Assembly: GCA_964543525.1 (NCBI GenBank)
Contig: CAZIYW010000057.1
Coordinates: 1-34,163 of the forward strand
Length of the DNA stretch: 34,163 bases
From: an uncultured Fibrobacterota bacterium
GTDB lineage: Bacteria; Fibrobacterota; Chitinivibrionia; Chitinivibrionales; JANQEN01
Reading direction: 5' to 3'
The translations under genes were made by a program, and so were the position numbers. The notes beneath the pieces were generated by a model. The model was not told the origin of the DNA. It did not search any database and saw only the letters and a list, made by a program, of their open reading frames with translations. Of the stretch, positions 19,483 to 27,193 are shown in pieces (the stretch's first letter is position 1; each line of letters begins with the position of its first letter).

Positions 19483-20120
19483 AGGTCACCCCCGGCAGGT
19501 AACAGGTTGAATATATAAGTTGTTTTAATTATTTCATGGTATATACGTCTTTCCCGAAATCAGACTGATTCGTGCTGAACAGCGTGTTCAATCAGGGTGA
19601 TAAAATTTTCCCGGCTGTACGGGGTCTGAGTAGAATCGGAAGTTCCTGCAGCTGGAATTTTTCACTAATACACTGATAGTACTGTTTCATACTATAGCCT
19701 TACATTAGACTTACATTACCCGATAAGAATTCATTCTAATGGTATCATAAAATGACGTAAATAGCAAAGAGTTTTGCGGTATGAGGTTTGCATTTTCCCG
19801 GTTGTGGAATCTGTGGCAGATTTATTGTTAATAGTTAAAGAGAGTCATGTATGGTTAACACCGGCCGGGACATGATATGACAGCGGTTCTGTAACCAGGC
19901 CCGAATCCGCCGGTTAAAAGTATCCGTCTACTGCAAAAATATTATGCTTTTTTCACTTATGTATTTGGTCTTTTCTTTCCCGTCGATATCGGTTTGCCTG
20001 TCAAGCCTGAGGATTATTTTATCATGAAAAACATTTACATCTGGTTTAGGTGTTCAGCTCATCCCGGGAAGATTTCGTTATAAGACGACTGGTTGTCAAT
20101 ATAGCTTTTGCTTTGTGTTT

Positions 20121-21230
20121 TCAGAATTTTACTTCAGCACGTAAGGCATACATCAGAAACTGTCCGGTATTATTGTCCACTCCCTGTATGTAAATAATCG
20201 TATTAACATTCTGAAGAATGTTGTAATACCACTGCAGTATACCAATGGTAACTTCATGCTGGAAATCATAGATTGCATTTGCGGAGATATTCATAAGATC
20301 ATTAATAGTATATCTGACTGAGCCGAAGAGGTTGTGCTCTCCCCAGATACTGTTTTGCCAGTTATATTGTTTGTAAAGATATTCCGCAGTGAAATACCAT
20401 ATATCCTTGACAGAATAATCGGCGCCGATCATTCCTTCAAAGAATGCAATGGATGAGTCGGTGAGAATATGGCAGACAGCCTCACCATAGAAGCCGATTT
20501 CGATATCTCCCTTCCAGGTAAGGCCGATGACAGCTTCGTTTTCAAGATTCGTGCTGATACCTTTGTCCCGATACATACCGATGAGACTGAAATCGAAACT
20601 TGAGAATGTGGCAAACATTTTTACCGCAACGGAAAAACTTTCGTCAAGGAATGGTAATTCCGTTATAAGATCAAGGCCTGCAAGGTCGGAAAAAGGAATA
20701 CGTATCGAAACTATATCCGAACCACTTCTTCGGTAATTAATATCGGTCAACTCCACAGATGAAAAGACATCGACAGGGGAGAAGACAAAACCCTTACCAA
20801 AATTGATTATCTGGCGACCCATGGTTATATCTGCAAAGGGCAGGTATATTGATAAATACAGTTTCCTCACATCGAGTAATACCGGAGCATTGCCAAAGGA
20901 GAACAGCTCGAATAATTCACCGATGGATGAATCTGAATCAGAGGTGAAGTTTTCGGGAATATACCGTTCAATGGTCTTGCCGTATGGAACTACTATATCA
21001 AACAGGCCTTCCACTTTAGCATAGTCGCGGTTGGTGTTTTTCAGATTGAGTGAAAGAACACTCATACCGGCAAAATCAGCTTCGTCCTTTTTACTGCTGT
21101 TGTGCACCGTATGAAGCAGGCCGAGATCGGTATACATTGATCCGCGGAATTTGATGCCTGATTTCTGTTGTGCGTAGGTAGTAAGTGTACAAAATAGAAG
21201 TATAAATAATAATATCTGTAACTTTCTCAT
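20121..21230 (-). CDS. β-barrel outer membrane protein (uncharacterised family), OMP component of Lol-like module A
   Basis: Signal peptide MRKLQILLFILLFCTLTTYAQQ and a C-terminal F (…AEVKF). It is homologous to the module-B OMP: LPFADITMGRQIINFGKGFVFSPVDVF aligns with LPFTELIAGRQAIGWGSARIINPTDIL. The track ORF extends to 21275 (MRKRMRTIHIAEKII), but that extension lies inside the GA-rich arm of the intergenic repeat. The ATG at 21230 has an AGAGGAAGA RBS. Confidence 0.55.
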   Translation of the reverse strand: MRKLQILLFILLFCTLTTYAQQKSGIKFRGSMYTDLGLLHTVHNSSKKDEADFAGMSVLSLNLKNTNRDYAKVEGLFDIVVPYGKTIERYIPENFTSDSDSSIGELFELFSFGNAPVLLDVRKLYLSIYLPFADITMGRQIINFGKGFVFSPVDVFSSVELTDINYRRSGSDIVSIRIPFSDLAGLDLITELPFLDESFSVAVKMFATFSSFDFSLIGMYRDKGISTNLENEAVIGLTWKGDIEIGFYGEAVCHILTDSSIAFFEGMIGADYSVKDIWYFTAEYLYKQYNWQNSIWGEHNLFGSVRYTINDLMNISANAIYDFQHEVTIGILQWYYNILQNVNTIIYIQGVDNNTGQFLMYALRAEVKF

Positions 21231-21259
21231 AATAATCTTCTCTGCTATATGAATCGTCC

Positions 21260-21338
21260 TCATCCTCTTCCTCATCCTCCTCCTCCGCTCTTGCCTTTTT
21301 TTTAAAAGACGAGGAAGAGGATGAGAATGAGGAAGAGG
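21260..21338 (-). repeat. intergenic CT-rich/GA-rich stem-loop element, copy 1
   Basis: CTCATCCTCTTCCTC (21260-21274) is perfectly complementary to GAGGAAGAGGATGAG (21311-21325). There are additional GAGGAAGAGG/CCTC repeats. The loop contains TTTTTTTTAAAAGACGAGGA. The 16-nt core CCTCATCCTCTTCCTC and the AAGACGAGGA motif are shared with copy 2. Coordinates are ±1. Confidence 0.6.
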
Positions 21339-21345
21339 AAGATTG

Positions 21346-22089
21346 TTACTTCCTCAAATACCTCATACTAAACTTTCCCTTATCCATGGGCTTATCAAAG
21401 ACAATATCTTTCATGGTAAAAACGGTTTTACTGTTTTTCCGCAGTTTGTTTACCATTTCCACCTTTGTTGCAAATTGTCTCCCACCTATCTTTTTTGTTT
21501 CGAGCACATTAGAGACTTTGAGCAGCTTGCCGCTTTTTGCGTACATTTCCTCCTTCAGAGCCACAAAGGAATCTTTGGTTACCCACATTTTCCTTTTGTA
21601 ATAGGGTACATCCTTTACTTTCGCATCAAGAGTGATTACATAACAATTCTGCTCCTTAACCTTTTCTTCTCCTGTTAATGTAATTTTGTATTTCTCGGAA
21701 AGCTTGTCCGATTCAAGAGCGTCTTCATAAGAGACATCACTTCCCATCATACCCTCTTTGAGCATGTGGCCTGAGATTTTCACCACATCGTTTTCCTCCG
21801 GGAAATAGATCCAGAGGTTTTTCTCCAGCATAAGGTATTTTGTACCTTCATCTTCCGGGTTGGTAAACTCAACAATGGCTTTTGTCTTTTCACCGTCCAT
21901 TGCTTCAACCGTAAGATTTTTTATCCGGACTTTGTCATCGACATGAATTTCCATGGTGCCGGTGTACTTAATGGTTTTATACTCACGGTTATTATCCATT
22001 TTGGAAAGAATCTCTTCACCGGTAAGAGAATAGGTCAAGGTATTTGCCAACATAACTATTATGGACAGTGAAGGTAGAATCGCTTTCAT
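21346..22089 (-). CDS. LolA-fold periplasmic protein (outer-membrane lipoprotein-sorting/LolA-like family), module A
   Basis: ~250-aa secreted protein with signal peptide MKAILPSLSIIVMLANTLTYS and β-rich, K/E-rich composition. Length and architecture match the LolA_like family that accompanies LolCDE-like ABC/FtsX transporters. It is paralogous to the 31595..32365 gene; for example KNLWIYFPEENDVVKI aligns with DEMWNYLPKTNKVIKI. The start was moved to the ATG with an AAGGAG RBS. Confidence 0.55.
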   Translation of the reverse strand: MKAILPSLSIIVMLANTLTYSLTGEEILSKMDNNREYKTIKYTGTMEIHVDDKVRIKNLTVEAMDGEKTKAIVEFTNPEDEGTKYLMLEKNLWIYFPEENDVVKISGHMLKEGMMGSDVSYEDALESDKLSEKYKITLTGEEKVKEQNCYVITLDAKVKDVPYYKRKMWVTKDSFVALKEEMYAKSGKLLKVSNVLETKKIGGRQFATKVEMVNKLRKNSKTVFTMKDIVFDKPMDKGKFSMRYLRK

Positions 22090-22141
22090 CAGGTGCTCCT
22101 TTTTATCTCGTAGATACAAAGTTTAAATTATCTTCATCGTT

Positions 22142-22212
22142 CTCCTCCTCATCCTCTTCCTCTACTCTATTTTAAGACGAGGACGAAGGACGAGCACGAA
22201 GACGAGGAAGAT
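22142..22212 (-). repeat. intergenic CT-rich/GA-rich stem-loop element, copy 2
   Basis: CT-rich arm CTCCTCCTCATCCTCTTCCTCTACTC, then TATTTTAAGACGAGGACGAAGGACGAGCACGAAGACGAGGAAG. The arms are imperfectly complementary. It shares CCTCATCCTCTTCCTC and TTTTAAGACGAGGA with copy 1. It lies between the second FtsX gene and the LolA-like gene. Confidence 0.55.
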
Positions 22213-22238
22213 TTAAATACATTTATTTCAAGCATAAT

Positions 22239-23477
22239 TTACACACTCTTAATTGCATCGACTGCATTCATGCGAGACGCCCTCCATGAGGGTAATACTG
22301 ATACTACGGCAGATACGAATACCCCGATCAGCAGGATATTTATTGTGCTGCCCGGACTTATCTCGAAAAATATCCGCTGATCCATGGGGAAATTAAAAGA
22401 GCTCATCATAGCGGAAAAGTCAAGGCCGTTGATTGCAAAGTAAATGTTGAATATCATACCTATGGATATACCTGCCAGGCTGCCGATTAAACCGAGGACA
22501 ATACCTTCAAAGAGAAAGAGGTTCAACACTTCAAATCTGGAGATGCCCATGGACTTGAGGATGCCGATCTCCTTGCGGCGCTCCAGGACCACCATCATCA
22601 GGATATTGGTGATGATAAAGGCGCCCAGAAAGGCAATAAAAAAGTAAAAGTAATTATAAATAATAGTGGCCATATCGACCATAGTGGCCCATTCGCCATG
22701 TTCGGTCCAGGATACAACGGCCAGTTGGTCATCATTGAGCAAGGTCCGTATTTTTTCAGCAACATCAGTTGCTTTTTTGTAATCCTTAAGCATGATAATT
22801 ATCTGCTGGGTAGAGCCATCCATGCGCAGCAGCTTTTTAGCGTCTGTTAAAGGGATCTGGAAAAACTTATCATCAAGAATATTCAGGCCGGTTTCGAAAA
22901 TACCGACTATATTGAATTTGCGAAGGTGCAGCGCATAATCTGCTCCCCGGGTCATTACCTTCAGGACATCGCCAACCTTCAGATTAAGAGCGTCTGCAAT
23001 ACCGGCCCCTACAATTGTTTCCCGCTCATTCTGAATATATCTTCCCCCTTCCCGCAGCGAGTTCTGCAGCAGTAGCAGGTCTTTTTCAACCTCGGGGTCC
23101 CCGGCCAGGGCCGCGGCATATTTATTGTTTCCCTCGTTAGCCAGCAGTACGCCGAAATTGACCCGTTCAGTCACCTGCTCCAATCGCGGAGAGATGACAG
23201 GATCGGCTTTTATAGCAGCAATAATTTTTTCAGGCTCTGCGATATTCTCGGTAACCGGATAAAATTGCCGCTTTTCACGGAATTTTTTGGTAGTGATTCG
23301 GATATGTCCGGTCTCGTTCTTGGTGGAGTTCTTTACGATCGATTCAAGCATACCACCGGCGAAGGCGCGAAAAAAGGTTATACCTGCAATTGACAGAGCC
23401 ACTGATGTAAAAGCAAGGATGGAACGGCGCCGATTCCGCCAGATGTTACGGAAAGCCATCTTTAATATATATGTCAT
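22239..23477 (-). CDS. ABC transporter permease, FtsX/MacB/LolE-like (4 TM with large periplasmic domain), module A
   Basis: 412 aa, starting with the conserved FRNIWRNRRRS and a first TM. A ~230-aa periplasmic domain follows, then three C-terminal TM helices with the FtsX-family ending LPSWRASRMNAVDAIKS. Confidence 0.8.
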   Translation of the reverse strand: MTYILKMAFRNIWRNRRRSILAFTSVALSIAGITFFRAFAGGMLESIVKNSTKNETGHIRITTKKFREKRQFYPVTENIAEPEKIIAAIKADPVISPRLEQVTERVNFGVLLANEGNNKYAAALAGDPEVEKDLLLLQNSLREGGRYIQNERETIVGAGIADALNLKVGDVLKVMTRGADYALHLRKFNIVGIFETGLNILDDKFFQIPLTDAKKLLRMDGSTQQIIIMLKDYKKATDVAEKIRTLLNDDQLAVVSWTEHGEWATMVDMATIIYNYFYFFIAFLGAFIITNILMMVVLERRKEIGILKSMGISRFEVLNLFLFEGIVLGLIGSLAGISIGMIFNIYFAINGLDFSAMMSSFNFPMDQRIFFEISPGSTINILLIGVFVSAVVSVLPSWRASRMNAVDAIKSV

Positions 23478-23488
23478 TGCTAGCTCCT

Positions 23489-24748
23489 TTATATAAACCT
23501 TAACGCACTGGTTACTTCCATTTTGGCTGCTTTACGAGCCGGAGGAATGCTGGCGAGTAAGGCGGTGAGAATGCCAAAGAGAAAGACACCGATTATCAGA
23601 GGTATATTCCATTCCCCGTAAATGGTACCCCATACAGGAAAACCGGCTGTATCAATGTACATGTCTCCGTAAATCTTGTCCAAAGGCCAGCCATAGGTGG
23701 TTAAAATAATAACAGAGATAACGCCAAGAATGACACCTCCCAGGCTGCCCACAAAACCGATCATGATTCCTTCGCACATGAACATCCAGGTTATCTCTTT
23801 CCCGCCCATTCCCATGGCACGCAGAACACCTACCTCACGTATGCGCTCGTAGACACTCATGAGTACGGAGTTGACTATCCCTACTGCTGCGATGAGGAGA
23901 AACACGAGGGTCATACCCGCACCCCAGTTCTTTTTCCCTTTCACCAGCGCCAGGATACCCGCACCGAGTTGTTTAAAGGAATAGGCGCTCAGACCCGGTA
24001 GGTCCTTTTTTACCAGGTCCAGAACCTCCTCCATATCATCAAGCAGGTCATCGAAATTGATCCGGCGCTTAAGTTGCACGTTCATTTCGGTCACGGTATT
24101 CTCCAGGTCCAGAAAGCTGTTGGCCGCGTCAAAGGTAATAAATACGCCGCTTTTGTTCAGAGCCGGATCGGTAGTATTGAACAGGCCAACTACCTTGAAG
24201 TCGTCTGCATTGCGGCTTTCGTATTTTGTCAGGGCATACATGGTGATAAAACCGCCGGGTTCTACACCCATTTCCCGTGCCAGGTCCTTACCCAGAATGA
24301 TCTGCCGCTCGCTTTTTTCCGAAAAATAGTTCCCCACCAGATGCTCGATCAGTTTAAACACGGTTTTATCTCTATCTGGATCCACAACAGTCCCGATGAC
24401 GGGCATGGACTCCTCATAGTTGGAGAGCTCACCTAAAAACTTGGTACGGGGAGTGACACTTTTCACCCGGTCATGGGTAAGGAGTGTTTTTTCAATCCCG
24501 TCCAGGTCCTGCAGACCGTATTTAAGAGGATATGATTCCTTGTTCTCGTCATACTCTTTTGTATAGATCTGAACGGCTGATGTGGAGAGGTTGATCAGGT
24601 TATCCATAGAGCCCCGATCTAAACCGCTCATTATAGAATCCATGAAAATGTATATAAAAAGTCCGAACGATATGACAATACCGGTGAGGAAAGTCCGGCG
24701 TTTGTGCCGCAGCAGATTCCGGAAAGCTATTGTAATGATTGTTTTCAT
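23489..24748 (-). CDS. ABC transporter permease, FtsX/LolC-like, module A
   Basis: 419 aa with N-terminal AFRNLLRHKRRT, a large periplasmic domain and the C-terminal FtsX signature (IPPARKAAKMEVTSALRFI). Confidence 0.8.
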   Translation of the reverse strand: MKTIITIAFRNLLRHKRRTFLTGIVISFGLFIYIFMDSIMSGLDRGSMDNLINLSTSAVQIYTKEYDENKESYPLKYGLQDLDGIEKTLLTHDRVKSVTPRTKFLGELSNYEESMPVIGTVVDPDRDKTVFKLIEHLVGNYFSEKSERQIILGKDLAREMGVEPGGFITMYALTKYESRNADDFKVVGLFNTTDPALNKSGVFITFDAANSFLDLENTVTEMNVQLKRRINFDDLLDDMEEVLDLVKKDLPGLSAYSFKQLGAGILALVKGKKNWGAGMTLVFLLIAAVGIVNSVLMSVYERIREVGVLRAMGMGGKEITWMFMCEGIMIGFVGSLGGVILGVISVIILTTYGWPLDKIYGDMYIDTAGFPVWGTIYGEWNIPLIIGVFLFGILTALLASIPPARKAAKMEVTSALRFI

Positions 24749-24751
24749 AAT

Positions 24752-25438
24752 TTACTTCCTTTCATCGGATTTTACCGTCCCATCCCGCAGAACGATCTCT
24801 CGTTTGGCATGTTTCTGCATACGAGGATCGTGGGTGGAAAAGACAAAGGTGGTCTGCCGCTCCTGGTTTATTTTCTGCATGAGGGCGATTACCTCTTCAG
24901 CGGTTTCAGAATCAAGATTGGCCGTAGGCTCGTCAGCCAGAACAACGAGCGGTTTCTTGACAAGCGCCCGTGCAATGGCAACGCGCTGCTCCTGGCCGCC
25001 GGAAATTTCCCTGGGTAACCTGTTTTCCATACCCTTCAATCCGACCAGCTCAATTATTTCCAATGCCCTCTCAGCCATGTCCTGTTTTGAATGCTTTTTT
25101 TCGATGACAAGAGGGAGCTCGACATTTTCCTTGACAGTCAACACGGGAATCAGGTTATATGATTGAAAGATAAAAGCAATATTATCTTTTCTGTAATCTG
25201 AAAGGCCTTTTTCTTTCATTCTTCCCAGCTCTTTCCCGTTATATATGACACTGCCGCTTGTTGGCGTATCAAGGCAACCGGTGATATTGAGAAGTGTGGT
25301 CTTACCGCTTCCGGAAGGGCCGACAATAGAGAGAAACTCGCCTTTTTCAATAGTCAATGTCACTCCTCTCAGCGCATGTACCTCCTGATCACCTTTCTTA
25401 AACACTTTTTTTACATCTTTTAATTCCAGTACTGCCAT
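24752..25438 (-). CDS. ABC transporter ATP-binding protein, LolD/MacB-ATPase type (COG1136-like), module A
   Basis: Walker A GPSGSGKTT, Q-loop, signature ISGGQEQRVAIARAL, Walker B VVLADEPTANLD and H-loop STHD. 228 aa. There is a 3-nt gap to the downstream permease. Confidence 0.9.
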   Translation of the reverse strand: MAVLELKDVKKVFKKGDQEVHALRGVTLTIEKGEFLSIVGPSGSGKTTLLNITGCLDTPTSGSVIYNGKELGRMKEKGLSDYRKDNIAFIFQSYNLIPVLTVKENVELPLVIEKKHSKQDMAERALEIIELVGLKGMENRLPREISGGQEQRVAIARALVKKPLVVLADEPTANLDSETAEEVIALMQKINQERQTTFVFSTHDPRMQKHAKREIVLRDGTVKSDERK

Positions 25439-25476
25439 GGTATTATCCTTTGCCAGAGAAAAAGAATTTATCTGTA

Positions 25477-26436
25477 TTAAATGTTTATCCTGTCATCAAT
25501 AATGCCTTCACTGGTGGCCTTTTTAGACACTGCCGCGTATAAGGCTCTGTTCATCAAATGGGGCGTTTCCGAAGGCACTACTATCATGGAGCCTTTGTGC
25601 TTCACTGCATCAAGCAACATATTCAGTGATCGCAGCATCATGGCCTCTTCGTTACCTTTATAGCTCTCCGAAGCCTCAGCGTATTTTTTCGCGATTTCAA
25701 TCTCTGCAGAGCCCAGTATTATTCTGGCGTTTTTTTCCCGCTCCGACTGCGCCTCTTTACTGATGGCATCCTCAAGCTCTTTCGGCACAACAATATCTTT
25801 TATTTCCACCGAGAGAGCGGTTATGCCCCACGGATTGGTCTTGGCATCCAGAATTTTCTGCAGTTCCTCGCCGATTTCATCACGGTCGGTAAGCAGACGC
25901 GACAGGGTTGTTTTCCCGATAATATCCCGTAGCGCAGTTTTAGCGCTCAACGGCACTGCAGACTGATAATTTTCAACTTCGAGCTTTGCCTTTGCCGCAT
26001 CCCATATCATCCAGAATATTATTGCGTCAACATATATCGGCACGGCATCCCTGGTGAGAACTTTCTCGGCAGTAAAGTCTGTGACCGTGATACGACAATC
26101 TACATACGCATAGGGTATGTCTACCACCGGTATCAGAAAGAAGATGCCGGGCCCTCGTGTTTTATACAACCTGCCAAAGCGTAATACCGGTACGCGCTCC
26201 CACTCAAAGGCAATTCGAATGGAAATGCTCAGCAGTATAAAAACCACCGCAGTGATAACAATAATACTCCGTGGTACAGTGCCGGAAAAATCAAACAACA
26301 GAAACAAACCAATACCAATTAATAATAGAATTATATTCAATATATACCTGCGGAGAGCGAAAAGTTTTTTCCTCAGCATCCGGAACACGGGGTTATATTC
26401 CCTTGTTTCCTCATACCCGTTTGATTTTGTTTTCAT
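25477..26436 (-). CDS. SPFH/band-7 (stomatin/prohibitin-like) membrane protein
   Basis: N-terminal TM segments are followed by an SPFH-domain pattern (PVLRFGRLYKTRGPGIFFLIPVVD...TRDAVPIYVDAIIFWMIW) and a C-terminal coiled-coil-like A/E/K-rich region. It is translationally coupled to the upstream GntR gene, with a 3-nt gap. Confidence 0.75.
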   Translation of the reverse strand: MKTKSNGYEETREYNPVFRMLRKKLFALRRYILNIILLLIGIGLFLLFDFSGTVPRSIIVITAVVFILLSISIRIAFEWERVPVLRFGRLYKTRGPGIFFLIPVVDIPYAYVDCRITVTDFTAEKVLTRDAVPIYVDAIIFWMIWDAAKAKLEVENYQSAVPLSAKTALRDIIGKTTLSRLLTDRDEIGEELQKILDAKTNPWGITALSVEIKDIVVPKELEDAISKEAQSEREKNARIILGSAEIEIAKKYAEASESYKGNEEAMMLRSLNMLLDAVKHKGSMIVVPSETPHLMNRALYAAVSKKATSEGIIDDRINI

Positions 26437-26439
26437 CTA

Positions 26440-26841
26440 TCAGCTCCCTTTTTTGAGATTTCTGCGTTCTTTTTCCATTTTTTTCAGAGTGGCCAATGCC
26501 TCCTCTGTTTTAATTCCCAGAGTGGCAATTTCATTCAAAAAAGTACTGCAAAGCCGTTTTAGACCTTTTTGCTTTTCCTCCGGATCGATTGTGGATTCTT
26601 TCCCTGAAATAAACGTGCCTGTTCCCTGCTGCGTGTTTACAATACCGCGCAGTTCAAGCTCACTGTATGCTTTGGCAATGGTGTTGAGATTTACCTGCAG
26701 ATCAACTGCGAGTTGACGTACTGTGGGAAGCCTTTCACCCGGTTCAAGTATTGAGTTAACAACACCGTAGATTACCTGATTTACAATCTGCCGATAGTAC
26801 GGCACACCGCTTGAATTGTTCAAGGTGAATTTAAAAGCCAC
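26440..26841 (-). CDS. GntR family transcriptional regulator, short YtrA-like subfamily
   Basis: GntR-type wHTH motif (ERLPTVRQLAVDLQVNLNTIAKAYSELELRGIV) and a short ~60-aa C-terminal domain typical of YtrA-type regulators that control ABC transporter operons. It has a GTG start with a GGAGG RBS. It is the first gene of module A. Confidence 0.75.
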   Translation of the reverse strand: MAFKFTLNNSSGVPYYRQIVNQVIYGVVNSILEPGERLPTVRQLAVDLQVNLNTIAKAYSELELRGIVNTQQGTGTFISGKESTIDPEEKQKGLKRLCSTFLNEIATLGIKTEEALATLKKMEKERRNLKKGS

Positions 26842-26863
26842 CCTATGCCTCCATTGTTCTATT

Positions 26864-26916
26864 GTACTAGTCTAATAGTACAATAATATAATAGTACGTT
26901 TTGCGGCTTTTGTCAA
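26864..26916 (-). promoter_or_regulatory. σ70 promoter with overlapping palindromic operator, module A
   Basis: On the minus strand: TTGACA (26916-26911), a 17-nt spacer, then TATTAT (26893-26888). The palindrome TGTACTA-N6-TAGTACA (26864-26883), with a GT...AC core typical of GntR operators, overlaps the predicted +1 to +18 region. An extra half-site ATAGTAC lies at 26891-26897. Confidence 0.65.
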
Positions 26917-26934
26917 CACTTTTTTCCAACTTTT

Positions 26935-27180
26935 TTAGCCTTTGAACCAGATTTTCCAGAAATTCCCGGTCGGATTAACCGGACAGACTTTTTCACATAC
27001 AGAACAGAGTCTCTTTGCATAAATTGAGTGAAACAGCCCTATAACGCGAAAAAAGAGATGAGTAAAAGAGTTTTTTTTTCGCAGGCCGATTATTGCGACA
27101 ATACAGAATCCCAGATAGCTGAGCAATGCCAGGATACCTTCAAATTTATTCAAGCCGGAGGTTCTGTTATCCGGCTCCAT
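26935..27180 (-). CDS. hypothetical small membrane protein (doubtful)
   Basis: 81-aa ORF with one TM segment (ILALLSYLGFCIVAIIGL) and a CxxCxxxCP string. It sits in the inter-module region with no clear RBS. Confidence 0.15.
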   Translation of the reverse strand: MEPDNRTSGLNKFEGILALLSYLGFCIVAIIGLRKKNSFTHLFFRVIGLFHSIYAKRLCSVCEKVCPVNPTGNFWKIWFKG

Positions 27181-27193
27181 TATGTCTCCTTTT

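Noticed and set aside
19540-19620. GTTCAATC T-loop-like string as a possible tRNA
   Set aside because: Flanking sequence cannot form T-stem or acceptor-stem pairing. No cloverleaf is present. No tRNA was found anywhere in the window by eye.
21231-21275. N-terminal extension MRKRMRTIHIAEKII on the module-A OMP, as given in the ORF track
   Set aside because: It is encoded by the GA-rich arm of the intergenic stem-loop repeat. It is followed by a perfect signal peptide beginning at the internal Met, which has its own RBS. My reading of the printed sequence around 21240 is also one nucleotide out of register with the track. I treat the extension as non-coding.
21254-22215. CT/GA-rich repeats as a possible CRISPR array or acidic-peptide coding region
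   Set aside because: There are only two copies and no regular repeat-spacer periodicity. There is no start codon in the GA-rich frame (DEEEDENEEEE). They fit intergenic RNA structure better.
26935-27180. CxxCxxxCP string in the 81-aa ORF as a ferredoxin-like motif
   Set aside because: Only three Cys residues with the wrong spacing for a 4Fe-4S CxxCxxCxxxCP motif. The ORF is doubtful.
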